From positions 62,001 to 126,000 of the forward strand of contig NIVC01000341.1 in NCBI GenBank assembly GCA_002269645.1: DNA of 64,000 nt, in the 5' to 3' direction. The translations under genes and the position numbers were made by a program. Positions 49,265 through 59,394 of this stretch are shown one piece after another. The stretch comes from Macrostomum lignano. Taxonomy: Eukaryota. Below the pieces are notes generated by a model. It saw only the letters and a program-made list of their open reading frames with translations. It did not search any database and was not told the origin of the DNA. Numbering within the stretch: the first letter of the stretch is position 1; each line of letters starts with the position of its first letter.

Positions 49265-51375
49265 TGGTGAGTCAGTGGAGTGCCCATTTCTGTTTTGAGT
49301 AGTGAGTCAGTGGAGTGCCCATTTCTGTTTTGAGTGGTGAGTCAGTGGAGTGCCCATTTCTGTTTTGTGTAGTGAGTCAGTGGAGTGCCCATTTCTGTTT
49401 TGTGTAGTGAGTCAGTGGAGTGCCCATTTCTGTTTTGTGTAGTGAGTCAGTGGAGTGCCCATTTCTGTTTTGTGTAGTGAGTCAGTGGAGTGCCCATTTC
49501 TGTTTTGTGTAGTGAGTCAGTGGAGTGCCCATTTCTGTTTTGTGTAGTGAGTCAGTGGAGTGCCCATTTCTGTTTTGTGTAGTGAGTCAGTGGAGTGCCC
49601 ATTTCTGTTTTGTGTAGTGAGTCAGTGGAGTGCCCATTTCTGTTTTGTGTAGTGAGTCAGTGGAGTGCCCATTTCTGTTTTGTGTAGTGAGTCAGTGGAG
49701 TGCCCATTTCTGTTGTGTAGTGAGTCAGTGGAGTGCCCATTTCTGTTTTGTGTAGTGAGTCAGTGGAGTGCCCATTTCTGTTGTGTAGTGAGTCAGTGGA
49801 GTGCCCATTTCTGTTTTGTGTAGTGAGTCAGTGGAGTGCCCATTTCTGTTTTGTGTAGTGAGTCAGTGGAGTGCCCATTTCTGTTGTGTAGTGAGTCAGT
49901 GGAGTGCCCATTTCTGTTTTGAGTAGTGAGTCAGTGGAGTGCCTATTTCTGTTTTGTGTAGTTAGTCAGTGGAGTGCCCATTTCTGTTTTGTGTAGTGAG
50001 TCAGTGGAGTGCCCATTTCTGTTTTGTGTAGTGAGTCAGTGGAGTGCCCATTTCTGTTTTGTGTAGTGAGTCAGTGGAGTGCCCATTTCTGTTTTGTGTA
50101 GTGAGTCAGTGGAGTGCCCATTTCTGTTGTGTAGTGAGTCAGTGGAGTGCCCATTTCTGTTTTGTGTAGTGAGTCAGTGGAGTGCCCATTTCTGTTTTGT
50201 GTAGTGAGTCAGTGGAGTGCCCATTTCTGTTTTGTGTAGTGAGTCAGTGGAGTGCCCATTTCTGTTTTGTGTAGTGAGTCAGTGGAGTGCCCATTTCTGT
50301 TTTGAGTAGTGAGTCAGTGGAGTGCCCATTTCTGTTTTGTGTAGTGAGTCAGTGGAGTGCCCATTTCTGTTTTGTGTAGTGAGTCAGTGGAGTGCCCATT
50401 TCTGTTTTGTGTAGTGAGTCAGTGGAGTGCCCATTTCTGTTTTGTGTAGTGAGTCAGTGGAGTGCCCATTTCTGTTTTGTGTAGTGAGTCAGTGGAGTGC
50501 CCATTTCTGTTTTGTGTAGTGAGTCAGTGGAGTGCCCATTTCTGTTTTGTGTAGTTAGTCAGTGGAGTGCCCATTTCTGTTTTGAGTAGTGAGTGAGTGG
50601 AGTGCCCATTTCTGTTTTGTGTAGTGAGTCAGTGGAGTGCCCATTTCTGTTTTGAGTAGTGAGTCAGTGGAGTGCCCATTTCTGTTTTGTGTAGTGAGTC
50701 AGTGGAGTGCCCATTTCTGTTTTGTGTAGTGAGCCAGTGGAGTGCCCATTTCTGTTTTGAGTAGTGAGTCAGTGGAGTGCCTATTTCTGTTTTGAGTAGT
50801 GAGTCAGTGGAGTGCCCATTTCTGTTTTGAGTAGTGAGTGAGTGGAGTGCCCATTTCTGTTTTGTGTAGTGAGTCAGTGGAGTGCCCATTTCTGTTTTGA
50901 GTAGTGAGTCAGTGGAGTGCCCATTTCTGTTTTGAGTAGTGAGTCAGTGGAGTGCCCATTTCTGTTTTGTGTAGTGAGTCAGTGGAGTGCCCATTTCTGT
51001 TTTGAGTAGTGAGTGAGTGGAGTGCCCATTTCTGTTTTGTGTAGTGAGTCAGTGGAGTGCCCATTTCTGTTTTGAGTAGTGAGTCAGTGGAGTGCCCATT
51101 TCTGTTTTGAGTAGTGAGTCAGTGGAGTGCCCATTTCTGTTTTGAGTAGTGAGTCAGTGGAGTGCCCATTTCTGTTTTGAGTAGTGATTCAGTGGAGTGC
51201 CCATTTCTGTTTTGTGTAGTGAGTCAGTGGAGTGCCCATTTCTGTTTTGAGTAGTGATTCAGTGGAGTGCCCCTTTCTGTTTTGTGTAGTGAGTCAGTGG
51301 AGTGCCCATTTCTGTTTTGAGTGGTGAGTCAGTGGAGCGCCCATTTCTGTTTTGAGTGGTGAGTCAGTGGAGCCC
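49265..51375. repeat. 35-bp minisatellite, ~60 copies
   Basis: Unit gtagtgagtcagtggagtgcccatttctgttttgt. Confidence 0.97.
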
Positions 51376-51471
51376 ATTTCCAGGATACATGGGGAACAAA
51401 AAGTGCAGTTGGGCATTAAAGTTCTGATCCAGCTCTAGAGTTTATACATGTACAGAGCCATTTAGCACAAT

Positions 51472-54400
51472 CTACACCATAAAATAAGTACAGGCAGCAC
51501 TGGCCAGCTGATTGTCAATGTCGGTTGTCCTTTGTTGTTTTGTTGCCAACCGAGATCCTCGTCTGGTAGCTTTCCTCCTGCTGTGCATCGCTGCTGCGTG
51601 TGATGGGGCAGCAGCTCTCCTCATCGGAGTGCCAGCCTCACAAACCCGACTGCCAGCTGGCAACTTCATCGGCCTGCTGTCAACCGTCACCGAATCCGGG
51701 TAGAGTCGGTCGCTAGGCAGCTGGCGCAGATTCTGCTGCAGCTGGCAGCTCAGGTAGGAGCGAGTCTCCCAGGTGTCATCCAGCTGGTAGATGTCCACGA
51801 TGCTCCTGGCCGTGTCGTCCTGCTGCTCGTCGCAGTCGGCGACTTCTTGGTCCTGTCGGTTGAGCTGTCGACGAAGCTCCTCCAGCTGGCGTCGGAGCTG
51901 GCGGTTCTGGCGCAGCAGCTGCTGCTGGCTGCTGGAGGCTCGCGACGATGTCGGCGGCACGGTCGGTGGGGTCGGCGATGCGGATGTTGCTGCCGTGGCT
52001 GTTGAAGAGCCCGAAGGTGAGGAATCTTGCTGCTGCGGCGGCTGCTGATGTTGGCCTTGGACAAGCCAAGTGGAGGCGCCACCCCTGCGAGATTGAGGGA
52101 CAGATTCAGTGATAAATTTCAGTCTGCGATCGTCAGCCAGCCTCCTAGATCCTCAGTTGCTGAGCAAGCCTCCCAGAGTGTCAGTTGCTGGGCCAGCCTC
52201 CCAGAGTGTCAGTTGCTGGGCCAGCCTCCCAGAGTGTCAGTTGCTGGGCCAGCCTCCCAAATCCCCAGTTGCTGGGCCAGCCTCCTAAATCCCCAGTTGC
52301 TGGGCCATCCCAAATCCCTAGTTGCTGGGCCAGCCTCCCAAATCCCCAGTTGCTGGGCAGCCTCCCAGAGCTCACTGAAACCTACCGGTCGCGACCCACG
52401 GCAGTCTCCGGGCTGCTGTTCAAAGGCCGTCTGCACCGGGCCTGGTTGTGCTCAGCCGGTGACTTCAAATAGGCCACCGCTCGCAGGCCCTGAGTAGCCA
52501 GCAGGCTGATGAGCAGCGGCAGCTGCAACGCAAGCTGCTCCATCAATCCAACGCGCCAGTCTGCTCCCAGCTGCTGGCGTTGATACAGCACCAGCGCCCA
52601 TGGAGCCAGCAGGCCAGCAGATGCCAGCCAGCCAGCCACGGCCGTCAGGAGACCGGCTGATTCGGCCAGGGCTGGCAGGGCGTCAGCCGCTCGACGGGCG
52701 GCCCAGGCGGCGGCGAGGCAGCCGGAGGCAACGACCAGCTGCCAGGCAGTCAGGACGGAGTGCAACGCGACTGGCTGCCACCAGGTGACCGACACCTAAA
52801 GATCGAGGAGGTGTTGAGGGAATTAAGTGACAATTCTTGTCAAAATAGTAGCAGGTTCGGGTATCTGAGAAAAATGTAAACAAATGCATTTCTTAAAAAA
52901 TCAATAGAAATCGGTGTTTCCTAGAAATCCAGTAGAAATCGGCGTTTCCTATAAATACAATAGAAATCGGTGTTTCCTAGAAATACAGTAGAAATCGGTG
53001 TTTCCTAGAAATACAGTAGAAATCTGTGTTTCCTAGAAATACAGTAGAAATCGGTGCTTCCTAAAAATTCTGTATAAAATTGTTTTTCATAGAAATCCGG
53101 TAGGAATTGATTTTTCCTAGAAATCTAGTAGAAATCGGTGTTTCATAGAAATCAGGTAGAAATTGGTGTTTCCTGGAAATCCAGTAGAATTTGATGTTTC
53201 CTAGAAATCCTGTAGAAATTGTTGTTTCCTAGAAATCCTGTAGAAATTGTTGTTTCCTAGAAATCCTGTAGAAATTGATGTTTCCTAGAAATCCTGTAGA
53301 AATTGTTGTTTCCTAGAAATCCTGTAGAAATTGTTGTTTCCTAGAAATCCTGTAGAAATTGATGTTTCCTGGAAATCCTGCAGAAATTGATGTTTCCTAG
53401 AAATCCTGTAGAAATTGTTGTTTCCTAGAAATCCTGTAGAAATTGATGTTTCCTAGAAATCCTGTAGAAATTGTTGTTTCCTAGAAATCCTGTAGAAATT
53501 GTTGTTTCCTAGAAATCCTGTAGAAATTGATGTTTCCTAGAAATCCTGTAGAAATTGTTGTTTCCTAGAAATCCTGTAGAAATTGTTGTTTCCTAGAAAT
53601 CCTGTAGAAATTGATGTTTCCTGGAAATCCTGCAGAAATTGTTGTTTCCTAGAAATACTGTAGAAATCGATGTTTCCTGGAAATCAGTTAGAAATAGGTG
53701 TTTCCTAGAAATACTGTAGAAATCGATGTTTCCTAGAAATACTGTAGAAATCGATGTTTCCTAGAAATCCTGTAGAAATTGATGTTTCCTAGAAATCCGG
53801 TAGAAATTTGTGTTTCCTGGAAATCCGCTAGAGACACTAGACAGGGGTTATTATTAATAACAAGATAGTCAGTACCGTTTCTTAGAAAAGGCAATAAAAA
53901 AATACTCGTATTAGTAGCAGTGAAAAAATGGTAAATGGTAAATGAAAAATGCAAAAATTTTAGTTTGACGGGAGATCAATATTTTTTCTTAGAATGGCTG
54001 ACTTAAGATGAAAAAACGAGACATGGAAATGATGTTAGAGAGTTTTCGAGGAAGACAGTGGAGGATGGCAACTGTATAAAGAGCCGCCCAATTCTTAGAA
54101 AGATGGGTAGAATGGCATTTCTTCAGTAGACATAGGACAGAAAATTTGTTTTTTAGTATTGTGGCAGGTTATAATGATGTTGACAATGGTAGAAAATTTG
54201 TCTGTGTTACGTTCGATTGCGAGTGTCTTGATGCCGTTCATTTTAAATGCATGGCACCGCAGTGTCACAATTTCAGACATCTCACCAGGTCAGAGGACGA
54301 CATCAGCCGCAGGCAGCAGACAATCAGTGCATTCGGCAGCGCGGCAGCGACTGTCAACGCCGCCAAGCCGGCGTCCTTTGTAAGCACCGACCTCCAAGAC

Positions 54401-56967
54401 GGCCTCCAATCACAGCAGCAGCCGCTCGGTGACTTCGACAGTTGCCGCTGCCGGAAGCAACCGCCGGTGACTCGGAAGGCCAGCCAAGCTCTGAAGCATT
54501 TCGCTCCGGCGGCGGCCATGGAGAGGCTGATGCCCGCGCCCGCCAGGCCGCCCCGGTGTAGCGCCAGGCGCCAGAATTCGGCGTCGGCGGCAGCGACAGG
54601 CAGCACCGATGCTGCTAAGATGAGTGCTGAGCCGAGAAGAGACAGCAGGTTGATGCGCGGGCTGGTCATCTTGACGAATCTGCGTGTGAAGAGAGCGTTT
54701 TCCTCTACAAACCTCTTCCTCTACAGCTGTTGGTTAATGACTTGTCTGCCTAGCTCTGTGGGTGCCAGTCGTACAAGGCTGCATACGGCTGTTCAGTCCA
54801 AGATGTGGGGGGTCGCCACACACACCCTCAATTACCTCAGCTAATGCTGAATGACACCCATTTTACAGCTGGGTGAACTGAAGCAATGCAGAGTTAAGTG
54901 TCTTGCTCAAGGACACAAATTGTTCCGAGTGGGTCGAGGAACGAACCCCCGACCTTTCCGCCGTGAGTCCGACGCTCTAATCACTAGGCTACAACCCCTC
55001 TCTTAAGTCATTGGATCCTGGCTGAGGACAGTTACCGATGGGTCTGTGGAGACAGCGGGGTGTCTGAGGGGTGTCTGGCTGAGGACAGTTACCGATGAGT
55101 CTGTGGAGACAGCGGGGTGTCTGAGGGGTGTCTGGCTGAGGACAGTTACCGATGAGTCTGTGGAGACAGCGGGGTGTCTGAGGGGTGTCTGGCTGAGGAC
55201 AGTTACCGATGGGTCTGTGAAGACAGCGGGGTGTCTGAGGGGTGTCTGGCTGAGGAGAGGACAGTTACTGATGAGTCTGTGGAGACAGCGGGGTGTCTGA
55301 GGGGTGTCTGGCTGAGGAGAGGACAGTTACCGATGGGTCTGTGGAGACAGCGGGGTGTCTGAGGGGTGTCTGGCTGAGGACAGTTACCGATGAGTCTGTG
55401 GAGACAGCGGGGTGTCTGAGGGGTGTCTGGCTGAGGACAGTTACCGATGGGTCTGTGGAGACAGCAGGGTGTCTGAGGGGTGTCTGGCTGAGGAGAGGAC
55501 AGTTACCGATGGGTCTGTGGAGACAGCGGGGTGTCTGAGGGGTGTCTGGCTGAGGACAGTTACCGATGAGTCTGTGGAGACAGCGGGGTGTCTGAGGGGT
55601 GTCTGGCTGAGGACAGTTACCGATGAGTCTGTGGAGACAGCGGGGTGTCTGAGGGGTGTCTGGCTGAGGACAGTTACCGATGGGTCTGTGAAGACAGCGG
55701 GGTGTCTGAGGGGTGTCTGGCTGAGGAGAGGACAGTTACCGATGGGTCTGTGGAGACAGCGGGGTGTCTGAGGGGTGTCTGGCTGAGGACAGTTACCGAT
55801 GGGTCTGTGGAGACAGCGGGGTGTCTGAGGGGTGTCTGGCTGAGGACAGTTACCGATGAGTCTGTGGAGACAGCGGGGTGTCTGAGGGGTGTCTGGCTGA
55901 AGACAGCTACCGATGGGTCTGTGGAGACAGCAGGGTGTCTGAGGGGTGTCTGAAGGGTGTCTGGCTGAGGAGAAGACAGTTACCGATGGGTCTGTGAAGA
56001 CAGCGGGGTGTCTGAGGGGTGTCTGGCTGAAGGCAGCTACCGATGTGCCTGGAGACGGCGGGGTGTCTGAGGGGTGTCTGGCTGAGCTGAGGACGGTCAC
56101 GGGGTGTCTGAGGGGTATAGACTAATTCCGAAGTATTAACTCCGTGCACAACACTGGCTGAGACTCTCGCAGGCGAAATGAGAAATATAACCGGCGATCG
56201 TCTCAAAAATGATGCGCATCTGTTTTATGGGATTTGTGAAAGCTCAATGATTGACAGCTTGAGAGTTTGACAGCTCAATACTCCATAGCGTAGGATGCGA
56301 CAGCTGTGTCTGACTCTGACTGGATGCACGAGTTTTGAGTTTGTTTAAAACTTTGAGAAAAAGTAACGTGTCAATCAAAGTTGTGCGTAATTTTGTGTCT
56401 GCCATGTTTCTCCTTATCTTCTAGATTAGAGATACGATTTAAACTGTCAAAACAAAATTCGTGTAATTCTCGAGAGGTGGAGAACGGAGAAGGGAGTGGA
56501 ACTCAAGGAAACTCATGAGGAACTCAGAAAAACTCACAGGAATTCTGGGAAAACTTATGGGAACTCAGATAAACTTACGTGAACTCAACGAAGATTATGG
56601 GAACTCAGGGGAACTCTGAGGAACTCAACTCAGTGGAACTCAACTCAGGAAACTCGGGGAAGCTCAAAAGAACTCAAAGAAGAGAGAGGAACTCATGGGT
56701 ACTCCAGAAAACTCTGGGAAACTCCAGCGAACTCAGGGGAACTCAGAGGAAATCAGGGGAAACTCTGAAAACTCAAGAGAAACTCAGAATAAGGGAGCAG
56801 AAGCGCGAGTAATCTTACACAAAATCAAAAGGATGTATGTACTCAACTCACCTCTCATTGCGCCAGGCCACATTGAAGACAGCCAACAGAGCAATCAGCA
56901 AAGCATTGGCTATTGTCAAACAGCTGAACGCCACTAAGTTTGCCGGGTGCTCTAATCTCGAACTCAT
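51472..56967 (-). CDS. Class C GPCR, GABA-B receptor/GPR156-like 7TM protein with C-terminal coiled coil, 4 exons, ~510 aa as modelled
   Basis: Exons (minus) 56967-56852, 54679-54286, 52795-52386 and 52084-51472; GT-AG, phases 2/0/2, joining in frame. FNVAWRNE|RFVKMTSPRIN corresponds to GABA-B FNI..R....IKMSSP..N; AKCFRA to AKTWRV; TKD to IKD; LPALAES to IPALNDS. C-terminal QQQLLRQNRQLRRQLEEL coiled coil. The 5' boundary of exon 1 is uncertain. Confidence 0.72.
52133..52367. repeat. 28-bp minisatellite in GPCR intron 3 (family shared with 35557 and 47250)
   Basis: Unit cagttgctgggccagcctccca. Confidence 0.92.
52895..53825. repeat. 28-bp AT-rich minisatellite in GPCR intron 2
   Basis: Unit gttgtttcctagaaatcctgtagaaatt. 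Confidence 0.95.
54790..54999 (-). mobile_element. tRNA-derived SINE with a CORE/Meta-like central domain
   Basis: The minus strand reads gtagcctagtgattagagcg (box A-like) ... ggttcgttcc (box B-like), then tgtgtccttgagcaagacacttaac...ttcagttcacccagctgtaaaatgggt, which resembles the MIR-CORE/MetaSINE conserved domain. The 3' end is approximate. Confidence 0.75.
55015..56115. repeat. 57/62-bp minisatellite in GPCR intron 1
   Basis: Unit ctggctgaggacagttaccgatgggtctgtggagacagcggggtgtctgaggggtgt. Confidence 0.96.
56500..56790. repeat. Degenerate ggaactca-based repeat
   Basis: Recurrent gaactca core. Confidence 0.7.
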
Positions 56968-57734
56968 AACTTATTTATTAGTTCTTTCTTGGTTCAAAAT
57001 TTCAGTCTTCAGTCTTTCAAAGTTTGTTTTCATTCCACTATGGGAGTCTTCTATCTTCAAATTTTTATATAGTATTCAATATATAGTTTTTCCGCCATTG
57101 GCTGCGATTCAGAAATCACCAGCCAATGAGAACCGGGATAGAGGTTCTCCAACCCCCACCCACCCATTTGATTTCAGCTCAATCAGCTGATGAGATTGCA
57201 CGGCACAGGACGCACTGATTCAGCATTTCAGCACCTTCCTCAGCGGGTGCGAGGTATTAGCAAATTCAGTTATAGCTCCAGGTGCGAAAACTGCAGGTGA
57301 GCCACGTGTGCTCGCTTATCTTATCTAATCTAATAATTGGTCTCAATATCCTTTCCAGGCGCACAGATTTCGGTGTGGAAAAGAGATAAAGAAATTACAG
57401 ATTTATGGAGGCGCAAAATTTCTATTGTTGGGTGATTTTCACAATTCGCACTGCAGCCTCGGCTTTTAGATTGGAAAATCGATAAGAGCTCATCGCCTAA
57501 CTGATAAGGCTAATATAGCAGGACTGAATTATCTAGCTAAATTATCTAGCTCATCATATCGGCCAGGTAGGGTATAGGGAATAAAAGCTATTATGACAAT
57601 TTTTATTCCCCAGGTATTAAGTGTAACGCACTGCAGGAATTTATAGCTGGATACAGTATATGAAGCTACTATAGCTTAGTTTGAACTTAAAACCAGTTTA
57701 ATTGATCAAAACTAAAGTTTGCACCTGGCCGTCT

Positions 57735-58545
57735 CTGAGCAATGAGGGGGCGGAGCCGCGGAACTTGAGCAATGAGGGGGCGGAAACTGAGCAATGAGGA
57801 GGGGTGGAAACTGAGCAATGAGGGGGCGGAAACTGAGCAATGAGGGGGCGGAAACTGAGCAATGAGGGGGCGGAAACTGAGCAATGAGGGGGCGGAAACT
57901 GAGCAATGAGGGGGGCGGAAACTGAGCAATGAGGAGGGGTGGAACCTGAGCAATGAGGGGGCGGAAACTGAGCAATGAGGGGGCGGAAACTGAGCAATGA
58001 GGGGGCGGAACCTGAGCAATGAGTGGTGGAACCTGAGCAATGAGGAGGGGCGGAAACTGAGCAATGAGGGGGCGGAAACTGAGCAATGAGGGGGCGGAAC
58101 CTGAGCAATGAGTGGTGGAACCTGAGCAATGAGGAGGGGCGGAAACTGAGCAATGAGGGGGCGGAAACTGAGCAATGAGGGGGCGGAAACTGAGCAATGA
58201 GGGGGCGGAACCTGAGCAATGAGTGGTGGAACCTGAGCAATGAGGAGGGGCGGAAACTGAGCAATGAGGAGGGGCGGAAACTGAGCAATGAGGAGGGGCG
58301 GAAACTGAGCAATGAGGGGGCGGAAACTGAGCAATGAGGGGGCGGAAACTGAGCAATGAGGGGGCAGAACCTGAGCCATGAGGGGGCGAAAACTGAGCAA
58401 TGAGGGGGAACCTGAGCAGTGAGGGGGCGGAAACTGAGCAATGAGGGGGCGGAAACTGAGCAATGAGGGGGCGGAAACTGAGCAATGAGGGGGCGGAAAC
58501 TGAGCAATGAGGGGGCGGAAACTGAGCAATGAGTGGTGGAATCTG
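57735..58545. repeat. 21-24-bp G-rich minisatellite
   Basis: Unit gaaactgagcaatgagggggcg. Confidence 0.95.
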
Positions 58546-59394
58546 GGGCAGATCTTATACATGTAAATGGTGGGTGGATAAAAGTCAAGGGTCTGAAGTC
58601 AGAAGCATTACATGCATGTACAAGTTGCACTGTTGTCTTATTACAGCATGCCATTCAAAAAGTGCCAACCTCTGCTGCATATTATACTGTCTTCTACTGG
58701 CGTTATATAAACTTTTGCGGCGCCAGGTAAGAGATCTCCATAAAATTCAAGCTCTTATGCAATTTAATTGACTTGTTCAATCGATTATAAGCAAGCATAG
58801 ATAATATAATATAATATAACGGGACAGAACAGAAAAGCTTTGTGAGAAACCAAGAAGACCTTCTTAAACTAAAATTTTGAAAACTCAAACAACCGGGTAG
58901 TTTTAAATAAACATAAACTTGTCGCCCCATCTCACTGACATCATGTAGATCATGTAAAAACATGGCAAGGCTTTAACAATGGCCTGCAGTTCGTGTACGG
59001 TGGCAGAGTATATAATTGTTTTTACCTTAAGGGACAGATACACAATATAGCGTGTGAGAGGAGAGGAAGAGAGGAGAGGAGAGAGGAGAGAAAAGAAAAC
59101 AGAGATGAGATGGCTGGATTGCCATTGTGAACTTTCAAAGCACCCGAGGGACGAAATGAGAGGTTTTGCGGCCGCATGCGGTTAGGGTAGGTGTAGGGTT
59201 ATTGTCGGCGTTCAGATTGTGACAGACAGTCAATTCTCCCGTATACGAGTATAGAAATGATCAAAATTACAACAAAATGCCGGCCTAGCCTACGATACAT
59301 TGGACCAACAGTTTGTATCAGACTACTAATCAGTAGAGTACTAGAGAATATTGCCAGCTAAATCTATATAAAAGCAGTAGAAACGGTAATTCAA

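Noticed and set aside
49265-51375. 35-bp repeat as another ankyrin-derived satellite (minus strand NGHSTDSL, GTPL)
   Set aside because: Only 3-4 residue matches spread over different frames; likely chance.
58647-58726. Plus-strand micro-exon (ttacag|...|gtaaga)
   Set aside because: Good splice-like ends, but no partner exons or homology; may be chance or non-coding.
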